DNA of 64,000 nt from Octopus sinensis (GCF_006345805.1 NC_042998.1:112468001-112532000), one strand, 5' to 3'; numbered from the stretch's first letter, positions 1 to 12,028 are shown. The notes: generated from the letters alone by a model not told the origin. Translations and numbers: made by a program.

Positions 1-69
1 CGCGAAAAGATGAAGAGCAAAACCACTTTGACTGGATTTAAAGTTCAACAATTATAGTGATTTCAAATT

Positions 70-247
70 TTTGCGCAAGGCCAGCTAGTTTTGAGGAAAG
101 AATAAGTTGATTATATCGACCTTAATGCTTAACTTATCGACCCCGAAAGTCGACATCGGCGGAGTTTGAACTCAGAATGCAAAGACGGACGAAATGCTGC
201 TAAACATTTTTCCCGACGTACTAACCATTGTGCCAGCTCGCTGCCTT
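70..247 (-). mobile_element. tRNA-derived SINE, family A
   Basis: Degraded reverse complement of the family consensus GGCGGCGAGCTGGCAGAA..GAGTTCAAATTCCGCCGAGGTCGACTTTGCCTTTCATCCTTTCGGGGTCGATAAA; about 20 copies in the window. Confidence 0.8.
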
Positions 248-419
248 AACTTCAAAGGTAATATTAAAGTTCAAATCATATGCCTTTATGTACAGGGATA
301 CGATCATTTCTTTTGAAAGAGGGGACAGCTCGTTACAATAAAGGTGACAAATTGGCCAAGACATTATGGTACCATTTGGAATGCCTTGCCGTATTTATTC
401 CATCGAATTTTACGCTTTG

Positions 420-485
420 TGATCAAATCCCTACCGAGATCAACTTTGCCTTTCATCCTTTCCGGTCGATAAAATAAGTACCAGA
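420..485 (+). mobile_element. SINE family A body fragment
   Basis: CAACTTTGCCTTTCATCCTTTCCGGTCGATAAAATAAGTACCAG. Confidence 0.7.
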
Positions 486-1185
486 GAAGAACGGTGAATT
501 GGTGGTATTGTTAGAGCCTGTGTTAAGGTGCCTTCTGTATATATTCCGAATCTTTGCGTTCTGAATTCGAAATTCGGTTAAGTATTCATGTGCGGCCAGG
601 ACCAGTCACCGCCTATAGGACCACAATTAACTATGAAGGCCACACAAAGTGGAAGAACACCGAGGCCGTCTGCTACTGCAAGGGAACGATTGTAACTACT
701 TCAGTACTTCACTGGTGCTTGTTTTATTGGCCTCGGAAAGCATGATATCATAATACAACCCTTTTCCACGCACCTCTTGTAAATCTTGATTCTAGATCAA
801 TAAGAAGCAAACTATATCTATGATTCATCATACATACATACATACATATATACTTGCATATATATATGTATACGTGTGTGTGTGTCACTTTTTTCTCTCT
901 CATTTCTGTTTCCCCATCACTCCCTCCCTCTCTCACTTTCTCTCTTTGCTCGCTCGCTTATTGACTCATTCAACTATTCACTTCCTCTTCTTCGTCTTCA
1001 TCCTCATCCTCTTTTTCTCAATCATTTATCCAATCACACTCTTTTATCATTCCCTCGCATATCTACTTACACATTTATTCCTTCATTCACAAACTCTCAC
1101 ACTGCTGCATATGTTTATTTACAGCTTCCACTTCAGAATCCGAAATACTTCAACACCGATCAGTTACTGAAGCATTTCAAAGTTC

Positions 1186-1330
1186 AAGAAATATTCACAG
1201 TGTATGTACTGCTCTTATAAATACCACGTTGCTCCAAAGTGCACGGACAACCTCGACTGTATTCATAGCAAAGCTACCGACTCACCGACATACTGCAACA
1301 TCTGCTTTTCTCACGCACTGCCAACCAGAA
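1186..1330 (+). mobile_element. possible LINE ORF1 (gag-like) zinc-knuckle remnant
   Basis: Translation KYSQ-CMYCSYKYHVAPKC-TD fits CX2CX4HX4C; no other domain visible. Confidence 0.35.
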
Positions 1331-1696
1331 TGATCTCTGTTCCTCAAAAAAGGGTCAGCTGCATATCATCTCAACTCAGGTTCCATCTACCACACACCGA
1401 TTTTAAATCACAAACTATCATCTTAAAAAAAAACATGTAGAATAATGCTATATATTTTTTAATTTTTTGTATAGGTTTCAGTCATAGTACTGAATGCAGG
1501 AGCAATGCTATCTTAGTGCTTGGCCACGCTGATCACTTTCAAGAAGACTCCCATGAGTATAGGATCTCCAATGCTGATTTATGTATGATGTGGTATACAT
1601 ATATATAGATTATTTATGTTGGGGTCATGCATTGCTTTGTTCTTGTGCCTATGATATTGCAAAGATGGACTTGTGCTGAAATATTGATTTATAATT

Positions 1697-2358
1697 TTGG
1701 TACAAGGCCAGAAATTTCGGCGACCCCACTGCTCAACAGGTACTTATTTTATCAACCCGGAAGGATGAAAGGCAAAGTTAACCTCGGTAGAATTTGAACT
1801 CAGGGCGTAAAACGAACGAAATGCTGCTAAGCATTTTGCCCGTCGTGCTAACGATTCTGCCAGTTTGCTGCCTTCCTTGTGTGGAGATATCCTTTACTAC
1901 CTTAGGCACATACCCCGAAATTTGGGGAGGAAACCATTCGATTAGATCGACCCCAGTACGCAACTGGTACTTAATTTATCGCTCCCGAAAGGATGAAAGG
2001 CAAAGTCGACCTCGACGGAATTTGAACTCAGAACGTAAAGACGGACGAAATACTACTAAGCATTTCGCAGGCTGCTCTCCGCTCTCATAGAATCTACCAG
2101 AGCAAGCATGATCGAGCGCTCTGAGAAGTAAAATGATAATAATAACCCGTTCTACTATAGGCACGAGGCCTGAAATTAGAGAGAAGGGGATTGGTCGATA
2201 ACATCGATCTCAGTGTTTCACTGATACTTAATTTATCGATTCTGAAAGTATGAAAGGTAAAGTCGACTCCGGCAGAATTTGAACTCAGAACGTAAAAACG
2301 GACGAAATGCCGCTAAGTATTTTCCCGGTGCGGTAATGATTCTACCAGCTCGCCACCT
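1697..2358 (-). mobile_element. three consecutive SINE family A copies (1697-1876, 1900-2075, 2150-2358)
   Basis: Each contains TACTTA(A)TTTATC..GAAAGGATGAAAGGCAAAGTCGACCTCGGCGGAATTTGAACTCAG or a close variant. Confidence 0.85.
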
Positions 2359-2359
2359 T

Positions 2360-2401
<42 letters not shown>

Positions 2402-3549
2402 AATAATAACTGCTGTGTATTAAGAGACCAAATGAAGGAAGGTCTAAGTAAAAACAAACGAAGTACACTGGTTCCTACAGCTGTCCTTATTCCATTTTGA
2501 TGTAATCAATGCCAGATGGCACTGTAATCAGAGACTTTATAATCTATGCTGATATCACAATAAAGAGCGAGAAAAATTAAGTAATAGACCATAGAACAAA
2601 TAAATGAATATGTTATTGGTGATAATTAGTTAATTAGTTACACTAAATAAAAAAAAGACTAGTTTCTAAACGACAAATTATTTACTGTGTGAATGATAGA
2701 AACAAGAAAGCTACAGCTAACACCATCTGGTGGAGTTAGTAGGGCGGCGGCGGCTGCGATGGTGGTGGTAGCGGTGGTGGTGGTAGCGGTGGTGGTGGTA
2801 GCGGTGGTGGTGGTGGTGGTGGTGGTGCTAGTGATGGTACATGTGGCAGTAATGACGGTAGTAGTGATGGTTGTAGTGATTATGGTGACGTTAAGGATGA
2901 TATAAGAAATATTGATGGTGCCGATTGTTGGTGATATAAGTAAATATGAAGGGGTTTATCGCGTTCAGTGACAACAATCTTTTTGTGCTACAGGTCAGTC
3001 CTGATCCACGACTGCTCCTGCAAGGCCTTTACTTTTTTCTGAGACGGCTAAAATGAGCCAAAGATCTGAGGAAGTATCCAAAATGCTCTTCATTTTAAAA
3101 TCACTGCTTGTGGTTTAAGATATATTCGGCTGCTTCTAGCTTCGTAGTTGGTCTGTAGTAGCGCTGATGTTTGAAATAGCAGCCAATTCTCCCTTAAAAT
3201 ACACTCTACAGTCCACAAAAAGTTACATTAATGTTGTCTTAGAAAAATTACATCGGAAAAAACGAAGACGAGATCGTCACGGCTGGGTAACTATGATCAT
3301 AGACATGTTCAAATATGACTGATTTGAACTGAACAACTACTGCTAAAGACGTTGCCATACGTGGTTATTGTTTACATTGTTGCCGCTGCTGCGGTTGTAG
3401 TTACTTTAAACTTCACTGATATCTTGGTGACTGCGTCATATATTTTGTTGTAATAGGTTTTTCTTTTGTATGTGGCTACGTAGAGCCCAAGTCGATAGAG
3501 CTTCAGTGAAGCTGGAAGCCGAGTGTTCGAGTCCCTCTGGAACCTATTG

Positions 3550-3665
3550 AATGTAGTTTCTATTTTCGGGTCGATAAATTAAGTACCAGTTGCAAACTGG
3601 GTTCGATCTAATCGACTGGCCCCTTCCCCCATAATTTCGGGCCTTGTGCCAAGAGTAGAAAGGAA
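3550..3665 (+). mobile_element. SINE family A 3' part
   Basis: TTTTCGGGTCGATAAATTAAGTACCAGTTGCAAACTGGGTTCGATCTAATCGACTGGCCCC. Confidence 0.75.
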
Positions 3666-4370
3666 TATGTTTCTCTGTATTTTTTCTAACTCGTTGGGAA
3701 CACATATATACACTCACATACAGACACATATACACTCATACATACATGTGTGTGTAAAACAGGATTTAACTTGCTAAATACATAAAATTGCTTTATAGAT
3801 AGAGTGTATTCCTATTTAGCCATCAACACATACAAAAACATTCTTCAACAATACTCTTTACTTGTGTATTTTACACATATAATATTGGACACATGCTTAA
3901 CTTTAGTATTTGTTGTAGATAACTAAATGAAAATATGAAATCATAGCGTGTTCCGCACGTAACTGAGTAGAGCTGTATGTAGCACGTAGCACGTTTATCG
4001 AACACCATTTCTCGCAAGCAATGAAATTTCGATGTAATGTTCGCTAATGATATTTCGATGTACTCGCGTATATATTTGCTTGTATATTATCACGCTTACT
4101 CACTTCTATCGTTTTAATAATCGGTAGCGGGATACTCAGTTATGTTTCAAGAACGTTTAGCTTCTATACATACATACTTATACAAAAGTACATTTGTGAG
4201 TGTGCTTGTGTGTGTATGTGTGTGTGTGTGTTTGTCTGTGTGCGTGCGTGCGTGCGTGTGTGCATACATACGTATATGATAAGTATGTCTCTGCCCGTGT
4301 TTATTTTAATAGTTACTGGTAAAAATCACAGTGTTGAGTTCAGTCCCATTATACCAAAACCGGTAACTTT

Positions 4371-4618
4371 AAGTTAAAGTTTCCTTCTCGTGTCATACCG
4401 ACTCACAAGAGCTGGTTTCCCGGTTTCCATGTATATTCCCCACCTGGATGGAACGCCGGTCCCCCGCAAGATTACTCATTTTCGCCAGCTGAGAGGACCG
4501 AAACAATGTAAAATGCAGTGTTTTGCTCAAGAACTCCTTCTCGCCAGGTCCAGAAATCGAAACCACAATCTTATGATCATAAGTCCAACACCCTAACCAC
4601 CAAGCCATGCGCCTCCAC
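4371..4618 (-). mobile_element. tRNA-derived SINE, family C/D, with 13-bp TSD
   Basis: Minus-strand head GTGGAGGCGCATGGCTTGGTGGTTAGGGTGTTGGAC..GTTTCGATTTC; direct repeat AACCGGTAACTTT at 4358-4370 and 4619-4631. Confidence 0.85.
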
Positions 4619-4942
4619 AACCGGTAACTTTGCCGTTCAATAAATAGGGACCAATAAAATATATATACCTGATAGAAAACGAAAGACTGAAATCGATGTG
4701 CTCTACTATAGGAAAAGATTTTCAAAGAGTTGGTAATCCAACATACACATAGGCAATGTTGGATCAACTAAAGCTTGTAAAGTATACACATTAGTTCCTG
4801 CGTCTGTCTCGAGCTGTTGCATTCCATTGTTCGATCAAGTGAATATCAGCGTCTCTCTCTCATTAATATAACGAATAAGTGGTTGATTGTTCTGCAGACA
4901 TGCGCCACACAATATTTAACAAGAATTACGCCCCCACCTTTT

Positions 4943-5019
<77 letters not shown>

Positions 5020-5024
<5 letters not shown>

Positions 5025-5192
5025 CAATAACAATTGAGGAATGGCCTTAATAGGCCATTCGACCCACTAGGAAGAGCAGCCAGGACTCAAACCGCCAAGT
5101 AGTAGTAATTCAGAAATTAGAGAAAATTTAAAAACATTTACCCTAAATCATCTTTAGACAATGCATTGTTTCGGTGTTTTTAATGGCAAACC
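5020..5192 (-). mobile_element. truncated copy of the foldback MITE at 42844-43109
   Basis: One arm (CAATTGAGGAATGGCC..GGCCATTCGACCCACTAG..) plus the spacer in reverse orientation (GACAATGCATTGTTTCGG..). Confidence 0.7.
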
Positions 5193-5454
5193 AGCTTAAT
5201 TAAATTAAATTAAGTCAATCCACCAAAGGCTACACCTCGTCGGTAAAGAGGCCAGGAGAGACGGATATACACGAGGCATCTGTATCTATGCCCCGGGAAT
5301 ATCTGCCCTAAAATTTTCAAAACCATCGTACTCGCGCCAACGTATCAGCAGTAAATATAAACTGCTGATTCAATTTCAGAATTAGTCAGAAAATCATCAA
5401 TTAATCAATATAGGGTAGCAAAAATGTATGTATATATATTACATGTACAATCAA

Positions 5455-5830
5455 TTTGACGGGCTTCCACTGAATTTCCACTCACGAGGGCTGCTTTGAC
5501 TTCTAGCTATAGCAGGGGTGGGCAAACTACGGCCCGCGGGCCGCATGCGGCCCGCCATAGGTTTTCATGCGGCCCGCCGAGAGCTTTTATGAATCCCAAC
5601 TTCTATGCAGATACTTCGTAACTGTACGGTAATTCACAATATTTTCACTTGATTTTTATAAATGAGGCCCGCCAAGATTCCAAAGACGCACTGTGCGGCC
5701 CGCGATCAAAAAAGTTTGCCCACCCCTGAGCTATAGTAAAGGTGTCTGTCTAAGATAGAACGTACTGGGATCGAACAGAAAAGTTCATGATTGTAAACAC
5801 AAATTCTTATCTACACAGTCATGCCTGCTT
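5455..5830 (-). mobile_element. old SINE family B copy interrupted by a hAT MITE
   Basis: GACGGGCTTCC..TTTCCACTCAC.. on the left and CTATAGTAAAG..TGTC..GGGATCGAAC..TACACAGTCATGCCTGC on the right of the MITE. Confidence 0.6.
5513..5728. mobile_element. hAT (Charlie-like) MITE, 216 bp
   Basis: Perfect 16-bp TIR CAGGGGTGGGCAAACT/AGTTTGCCCACCCCTG; perfect 8-bp TSD AGCTATAG; internal GCGGCCCG motifs. Confidence 0.95.
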
Positions 5831-5896
5831 TAGCTGATGAGTGTCTACATCCAAGTTGTCCTCTATATACTCCTGTTTCAAAGCTTCTCTATAGAT

Positions 5897-5931
<35 letters not shown>

Positions 5932-5934
5932 TTT

Positions 5935-6215
5935 ATATAAAGAGTAAAGACCACCTTCGGTCATGAATGACCATGGGATTGCGGGATTGCACCTTGAAAG
6001 TTACTCTCCGAGGCACAAGTCTGGGCAAGGTTGTTTATGGAAGACCATAATACCACGCCCATGCATACCAGCCTCCCCTCTCCACTCCACCGATGTTACC
6101 CAAGAGAAAGGCAAAGGCTGATACAGTTTGGCACCAGTGACGTCGCAACTCATTTCTACAGCTGAGGGAACTAGAGCAACGTGAAATAAAGTGTCTTGCT
6201 CAAGAACACAGCACA
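5935..6215 (-). mobile_element. SINE (family C/D-type core) with a different 3' tail
   Basis: Minus strand TGTGTTCTTGAGCAAGACACTTTATTTCACGTTGCTC.. followed by an unrelated tail ending GGTCTTTACTCTTTA. Confidence 0.7.
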
Positions 6216-6552
6216 TACATACATACATACATACATATTTACATACATACGTACATACATAGAAGCAGACAGGCAGACAGGTATGCATACATAATTCCTA
6301 AAGGACCAGTTAATTATGAATCATTTAATACACAGTGGCACAGTTATATGTATTTGGTTTTACTGTGAATTGAACCTACAAAGGCTCTTTGTGTAACTTG
6401 ACAGGCGAACGGGATCGAACACTTGGTTTCTATATATAAGAATTTACCTCATAGATAGATAGATAGATAGATATATTGAAAAAATAAATAAATACATACA
6501 TACATACATACATACATACATACATACATACATACATACATACATACAAAAA

Positions 6553-6651
6553 TACCTTGTTAATGTCCTTGAAATTCCAGTGAATTGGATCTAGGTTAGA
6601 AACCGGTTCTTTCTCTGTTGTTAGAAATCTTGAAATAAAACTGCACAATGA
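6553..6651 (+). mobile_element. 3' end of (CATA)n-associated RLE retroelement, copy 1
   Basis: TACCTTGTT..GAAATTCCA..GGTTAGAAACCGG..AGAAATCTTGAAATAAA..AATGA flanked by (CATA)n; homologous to 7226-7319 and 38463-38567. Confidence 0.7.
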
Positions 6652-6739
6652 CATACATACATATATATAAATACATACATACAAGCCTGCATGCACACAC
6701 CCCACACACACACACACACCCACACCCACACCATATTAT

Positions 6740-6780
<41 letters not shown>

Positions 6781-6864
6781 GGTCCCGGGTTGATTCGGGG
6801 TTAACCACAGTAAGTAAGGTACTCAATACATAGCAGAGTAAAATTAATTTATTATATAGAAGGA

Positions 6865-6913
6865 GCTTCTACAGGACTAGAACTGTTTCATTCAAGAGAA
6901 ATCTTCAGGAAGC
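6865..6913 (-). ncRNA. type I hammerhead ribozyme motif (mirror copy)
   Basis: Exact reverse complement of 6918-6966. Confidence 0.75.
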
Positions 6914-6917
6914 ATGT

Positions 6918-6966
6918 GCTTCCTGAAGATTTCTCTTGAATGAAACAGTTCTAGTCCTGTAGAAGC
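6918..6966 (+). ncRNA. type I hammerhead ribozyme motif
   Basis: Stem I GCTTC/GAAGC, core CTGAAGA, stem II TTC-TCTT-GAA (U.U at base), GAAA, stem III ACAG/CTGT, triplet GTA. Confidence 0.75.
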
Positions 6967-6979
6967 TCCTCTATATAAT

Positions 6980-7055
<76 letters not shown>

Positions 7056-7225
7056 CATATACACGTGCATACATACATTTAAACTAAGTATGCATGTGCA
7101 TTCATGTATGTTTGTATGTTTGTGTGTGTATGACTGCATGTTGGTATGTATGTATATATATATATATATATATATACACGGTGTGGACGTATGCAGTCTT
7201 GTATGTATGTATGTATAAATATGTG

Positions 7226-7319
7226 TCATTATTCAGCTTTATTTCGAGATTTCTTGCCAATAGAGAAAGAATCGGTTTCTAACATAGAATTTCATTGGAA
7301 TTTCAGCATCAACAGGGTA
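7226..7319 (-). mobile_element. 3' end of (CATA)n-associated RLE retroelement, copy 2
   Basis: Reverse complement of the 6553/38463 unit, flanked by (TATG)n. Confidence 0.7.
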
Positions 7320-7574
7320 TGTATGTATGTATGTATGTATGTATGTATGTATGTATGTATGTATGTACGTATGTATATGTGCAGATGTGTATGTTTCGTT
7401 TTATGCATTTTCATGAGCGTATATCAGTACATATACCAACACAGCCACTCTTTGCGAGAAGCGCAGGAGTTTTTCTAATAGGTCACCCTACCTATAAGAA
7501 ATAACAATCTACTCTCCCTCAAAACCCACCCTACTCTCCTATATAAGTCTACACATTAGATGACGTAATATTGC

Positions 7575-7752
7575 TTCCGAATTTTGGGGAGGGGTTAAGT
7601 CGATTGCATCTGATACCTCTTTACTGACCCCGAAATTAAAGATTAAAGATAAATTGGAACCGGCGGAATTCAATTTGAACTCAGAACGTAAAACGGACGA
7701 AATGCCGCTAAACATTTTTCCCGGTATGTTAACGATTCTACCAGCTCACGTC
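7575..7752 (-). mobile_element. SINE family A
   Basis: CCGGCGGAATTCAATTTGAACTCAGAACGTAAAACGGACGAAATGCCGCTAAAC. Confidence 0.75.
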
Positions 7753-8288
7753 CTTTAGATAACGTAATACTACATTATATAAGTCGTCGTTCCAGGCATG
7801 ACCATTTCATCTGAACAGACAAAATGGTCATGGTTGGATGCCTCTGATTATATGTCTGTTCCATAAGGATTGACTGACTTGGGGCCAAAAAGCATGAACA
7901 ACAGCCACGCATTATGTTCTCATGTGTAAGCAATAGTTTCATTCACTAACATTCACAACTTTCTTTGGGAATTTTTATAATTGTACATTTGTTGCTTTTT
8001 ATGGATTTTATATTCGTTTCTTCATGCTGTTGTTCTTGTTGGTGTTGTCGTTATTTATGAATGAAGCCAGCTGCGTCTCACATCGCACATAGGCCGGCTG
8101 TTGTCGTGAATGGAATTATACACACACAACCACTTGTCTTTTCATACATATAACACCCAGGTATATGTACACACATGAATAGACACGCATGTGTTTTAAT
8201 GTAAACACATGCGCATACAAACACACACGAATACATTCACACACAGGATCACATGTGTTTGTGTGTGATATATATATATATATATAAT

Positions 8289-8321
<33 letters not shown>

Positions 8322-8326
8322 GATAG

Positions 8327-8390
<64 letters not shown>

Positions 8391-8484
8391 GTATATGTGT
8401 GTGTGTGATGTATGTATATATGTATGTAGTATGTATGTATGTATGTATGCATGCATGCATATATATATAATATGTATATGTATG

Positions 8485-8534
<50 letters not shown>

Positions 8535-8601
8535 AACGTAGATAAAATGCGTTTTCACACACACAGACATATATATTATACATGTGTGTATGTGTTGTGT
8601 G

Positions 8602-8632
<31 letters not shown>

Positions 8633-8937
8633 ATATATATATATATTCAATATATATATATATAGAGAGAGAGAGAGATGTGTGTGTGTGTATGTATTTA
8701 TATATATATATATATATATATATTCAATATATACTTACATAAGAGAAAGAGAGAGAGAAAGAGAAACTGCGCCGGATATTTGTAGACGGATTTTTGTTTG
8801 CCATAGAAAAAGAAGATATTCTAACATGATGTTGCTACACATAGTTCTCTAAAGTTGTTTTTGTCAATCTCATTACGTCAATCTCATTACAATCTGACAT
8901 GCGAAACTTTAATCGTAATCGTGAATTTAGCCGTCGA

Positions 8938-8996
8938 CTACAGCGGCTCGGAGATTGCCAGCTTCTCGAACGTCTCGTAATCCTTCGTATTCAGAG
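8938..8996 (-). CDS. candidate terminal exon of an unidentified gene
   Basis: Acceptor TGCTTTCTCACAG; phase-1 reading (x)LNTKDYETFEKLAISEPL*; the alternative frame SEYEGLRDVREAGNLRAAVVDG* is also open; GC-richer than flanks. Confidence 0.3.
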
Positions 8997-9092
8997 CTGT
9001 GAGAAAGCACTGGTGGGAAATAGTCGTATTTAGTCAGAGAAGAAATATTCTTAGTGGCCAGATGTCATCACAACAGCCTATTTTATCTAGTA

Positions 9093-9431
9093 CAGTGGTT
9101 CTAAACCATTTTTTTTTTATCTGTAGACCGCTTTGATTACTATTTTATTCTGGTGGATCCCTATAACCATTTGATCTTTTATAGATACCTCTTTCAAAAT
9201 TCCTATTTTGCTTTTCACTCAATAACTTGTGTAGTTTGAACTATGTACAATGTTCGAGAGATAAATCGAGATTTTTCTTGGAATGAATATATCGAAAGTA
9301 AAAAATTTTTCATGCGCATTAAATATACTACGGTGGATCCCCAATTTACTGTTTCGCTTGCGCGGATCCCCACCACCCCAAATCTTACATGGATCCCAAG
9401 GAATCATATGGACTCCTGTTGAGAACCACTG
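9093..9431. mobile_element. hAT (Charlie-like) MITE
   Basis: TIR CAGTGGTTCTAAAC/GTTGAGAACCACTG; imperfect 8-bp TSD ATCTAGTA/GCCTAGTA. Confidence 0.85.
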
Positions 9432-9593
9432 GCCTAGTAAGTCCAGAACATCGTTAATAACAAACCCATAGGTTGGGGTTCTTACAGTTGAGGTGTCCGC
9501 TTTTAGACGTGTTGTACACAAAGACATCAAGCAGTTCGGCCCAGAAAATCACGTTTCCCCATATACTCTCTCAATTTAAATCCTTCTGGACTG

Positions 9594-9873
9594 TTAAGGC
9601 CTCACGACGCCAAGAACTCGCTGGTTGCTGATGTCGCGTACGTTGTAGTCTGTATAGGCAGGTGTCACCTGATCCTGGGGTGCTGTCGCATTTGTACCCG
9701 CATCGGGGTCCTTGTTGGGGGCTGAGAGTAGTTTTGTTAAATGGCCTGTTTTGCTGATAGAACTAGTTAAATCTGTGTGCAGTGTGCCGTTTTCCTGGGA
9801 GTATGTTCTTTTTTTATCCTTCTTTGAAGTTTTTCTTTTTTTGCTTTGTTTTGTTTTTGCGACATCGCGCACC
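9594..9873 (-). CDS. candidate exon of an unidentified gene
   Basis: Non-microsatellite open frame VRDVAKTKQSKKRKTSKKDKK..TPAYTDYNVRDISNQRVLGVVRP*; possible acceptor TATTATAGTAG; GC-richer than flanks. Confidence 0.3.
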
Positions 9874-9974
9874 CTACTATAATACAAGTGTGCATGTATG
9901 TTTGTGTGTGTGTGCGTGTGTGCGAGCGCGCTTTTGTGTGTGTGAGCGTGTGTGAGCGTGTGTGCGCGTGCATG

Positions 9975-9975
9975 T

Positions 9976-10009
<34 letters not shown>

Positions 10010-10159
10010 GGACGGAAGAACGGATAGACATACACTCAGACAGACAGGCAGGCAGAGAGACACACAGACAGACACACAGACAGACACACAGACAGACTGA
10101 CAGACAGACACACGGACAGACAGATAGATAGACAGACACACAGACAGACAGACACACAT

Positions 10160-10192
<33 letters not shown>

Positions 10193-10209
10193 TAGACAGA
10201 CAGACAGAC

Positions 10210-10268
<59 letters not shown>

Positions 10269-10269
10269 C

Positions 10270-10357
<88 letters not shown>
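9975..10357. repeat. compound (GACA)n/(GATA)n microsatellite
   Basis: Directly visible. Confidence 0.95.
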
Positions 10358-10358
<1 letters not shown>

Positions 10359-10727
10359 TGTTTATATAATGCGCATATGTAAATATATATATATATGATC
10401 ATATATATGTGTGCATATGTATGCATACGTATATGTGTGGGTACGTGTAGTGAAAGCTGATGCCCGAAAACTGCAGTTAGAAAGTTCAGAGATACTCTCA
10501 CTTGAACAATCTGTAGTTGCATTATACTTTTATCTATAGCTGGTGTGAAAGCTACAATTTTCTGTAAGGGTCATGTGCTCATTAATTCATTGAACTTCAC
10601 GCTACATTTGAAATTTCTGTATTGAATATCTATATCTATCTATCTCAATCTCTCTCTCTCTCTTTCCGTACGTACGTATATATATACATATATATATATA
10701 TATTATATATATTATATATATTATATA

Positions 10728-10759
<32 letters not shown>

Positions 10760-10765
10760 TTATAG

Positions 10766-10792
<27 letters not shown>

Positions 10793-10796
<4 letters not shown>

Positions 10797-11495
10797 ATCC
10801 AAACAAGAAAGCACAACAAAACACAAGAACGCGGAGACGTGGAACAAATATAGTATTATTGGACGCTCAGGAAAGAAGGAATGAGAGTCTAACGTTTGGA
10901 GCGGAGCTCTTCGTCGGAAACATAGGAGAAGGAAAGATCCAGAGACGTGAGACAGGTAACATATATAACAGTCCCTTCATCAGTCGTCCCCTGTTTTATC
11001 TACTCCGCGATTCGAAGGTAGGGACTTCGTTAAAACTCCTTCCCGCAAAGCAAATTAAATAAAATTGGTGGGGGTGGTGAAGAGGGTTAAAGTGGTAACA
11101 AAAACAGGACAGTAAGAACAAAACAGTAAAAACGAACGGTGAGGGTTGTTAAGCCATAACGAGGTGAAGTGGTGAACGCTGGAAAAACGAGCTTTGGGAA
11201 GAGATAGGCAAAAGCACGTCTTGTCTTTAGGAAAGAAGTGGTAGAAAGAGAGATAGATAGCCGTTGGTCACGTGTGAGCAACGAGTGAGTCAAGGAGAAA
11301 GAGTGAGAGATAGAGAGGAACGGTGAAGGGGAGAGGAGAAGAATTAGAGAAAGGGTGAGAGCGAAGACCAAAAAGGAAGAAGAACAAGAGAGGGAGATAG
11401 AATGGAGATAGGTTGTAGAGTGCGCATCGGAATTATTAAGACAAAACTTACTTGGAAATGGATGTGTAGAGTCTGATCATATGATAACATAAATA

Positions 11496-11500
<5 letters not shown>
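10793..11500 (-). mobile_element. hammerhead-bearing Penelope-like element fragment (long copy) between (TA)n arrays
   Basis: Low-coordinate ~170 bp is homologous to 18487-18696 and 49029-49238; extends about 550 bp further 5'; bracketed by (TA)n at both ends. Confidence 0.6.
10887..10921 (-). ncRNA. hammerhead-like motif, probably inactivated (GAAA to CAAA)
   Basis: GTTT-CCGACGA-A-GAGC-TCC-GCTC-CAAA-CGTT-AGAC. Confidence 0.55.
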
Positions 11501-11545
<45 letters not shown>

Positions 11546-12028
11546 TTCCTTCGCCCTTTTCAAGCCTAGCCAGGCTCATGGGCCCGGTTTCCCGGTTTCC
11601 GAGGCCAGGTGGACGCCAGTCCATCGCAGCTTATATATATATGTATGTGTGTGTGCACGCAAAAATTTTATATAAATGTAATACCATAAAGAAAAATTTA
11701 ATTGTCACTAAGTGTGACTAAGGGTGTGAAGCACCAGCATTGCTAGATATAAGAGTCTTGTAAGAAGAGTGCAATATATATACACTGAGAGGTGAATTAA
11801 CTGCCCCACTACCGTCTCTAGAATCACTAGACTAAGCCGGGTTTCGACTATTTCGTAAGCATTGTCAGTAGTGTCTGCTCAAACGATCGATGGTTTGGTT
11901 AATTTCGTCTGCCAGTATATATATTTTTACCATAAATCACGTTAGCGAAATGTTAATGCGTAAAATAACGCATATATATGTATGTGTGTGTGTGTGTGAT
12001 TGTGTGTGTATCAAGATTGCATGTGTGA

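Larger units (their letters stand above)
6847..6983. repeat. near-perfect palindrome (about 67-bp arms, 2-nt loop) between (TA)n arrays
   Basis: ATTTATTATATAGAAGGAGCTTCTACAGGACTAGAACTGTTTCATTCAAGAGAAATCTTCAGGAAGCA-TG-reverse complement; the arms differ by one 1-nt indel. Confidence 0.97.

Noticed and set aside
1475-1610. Possible plus-strand exon after the strong acceptor TTTTTTGTATAG (GFSHSTECRSNAILVLGHADHF..)
   Set aside because: No convincing donor and no recognisable protein similarity
10969-10992. Minus-strand CTGATGAAGGGAC
   Set aside because: No downstream stem II closure or GAAA
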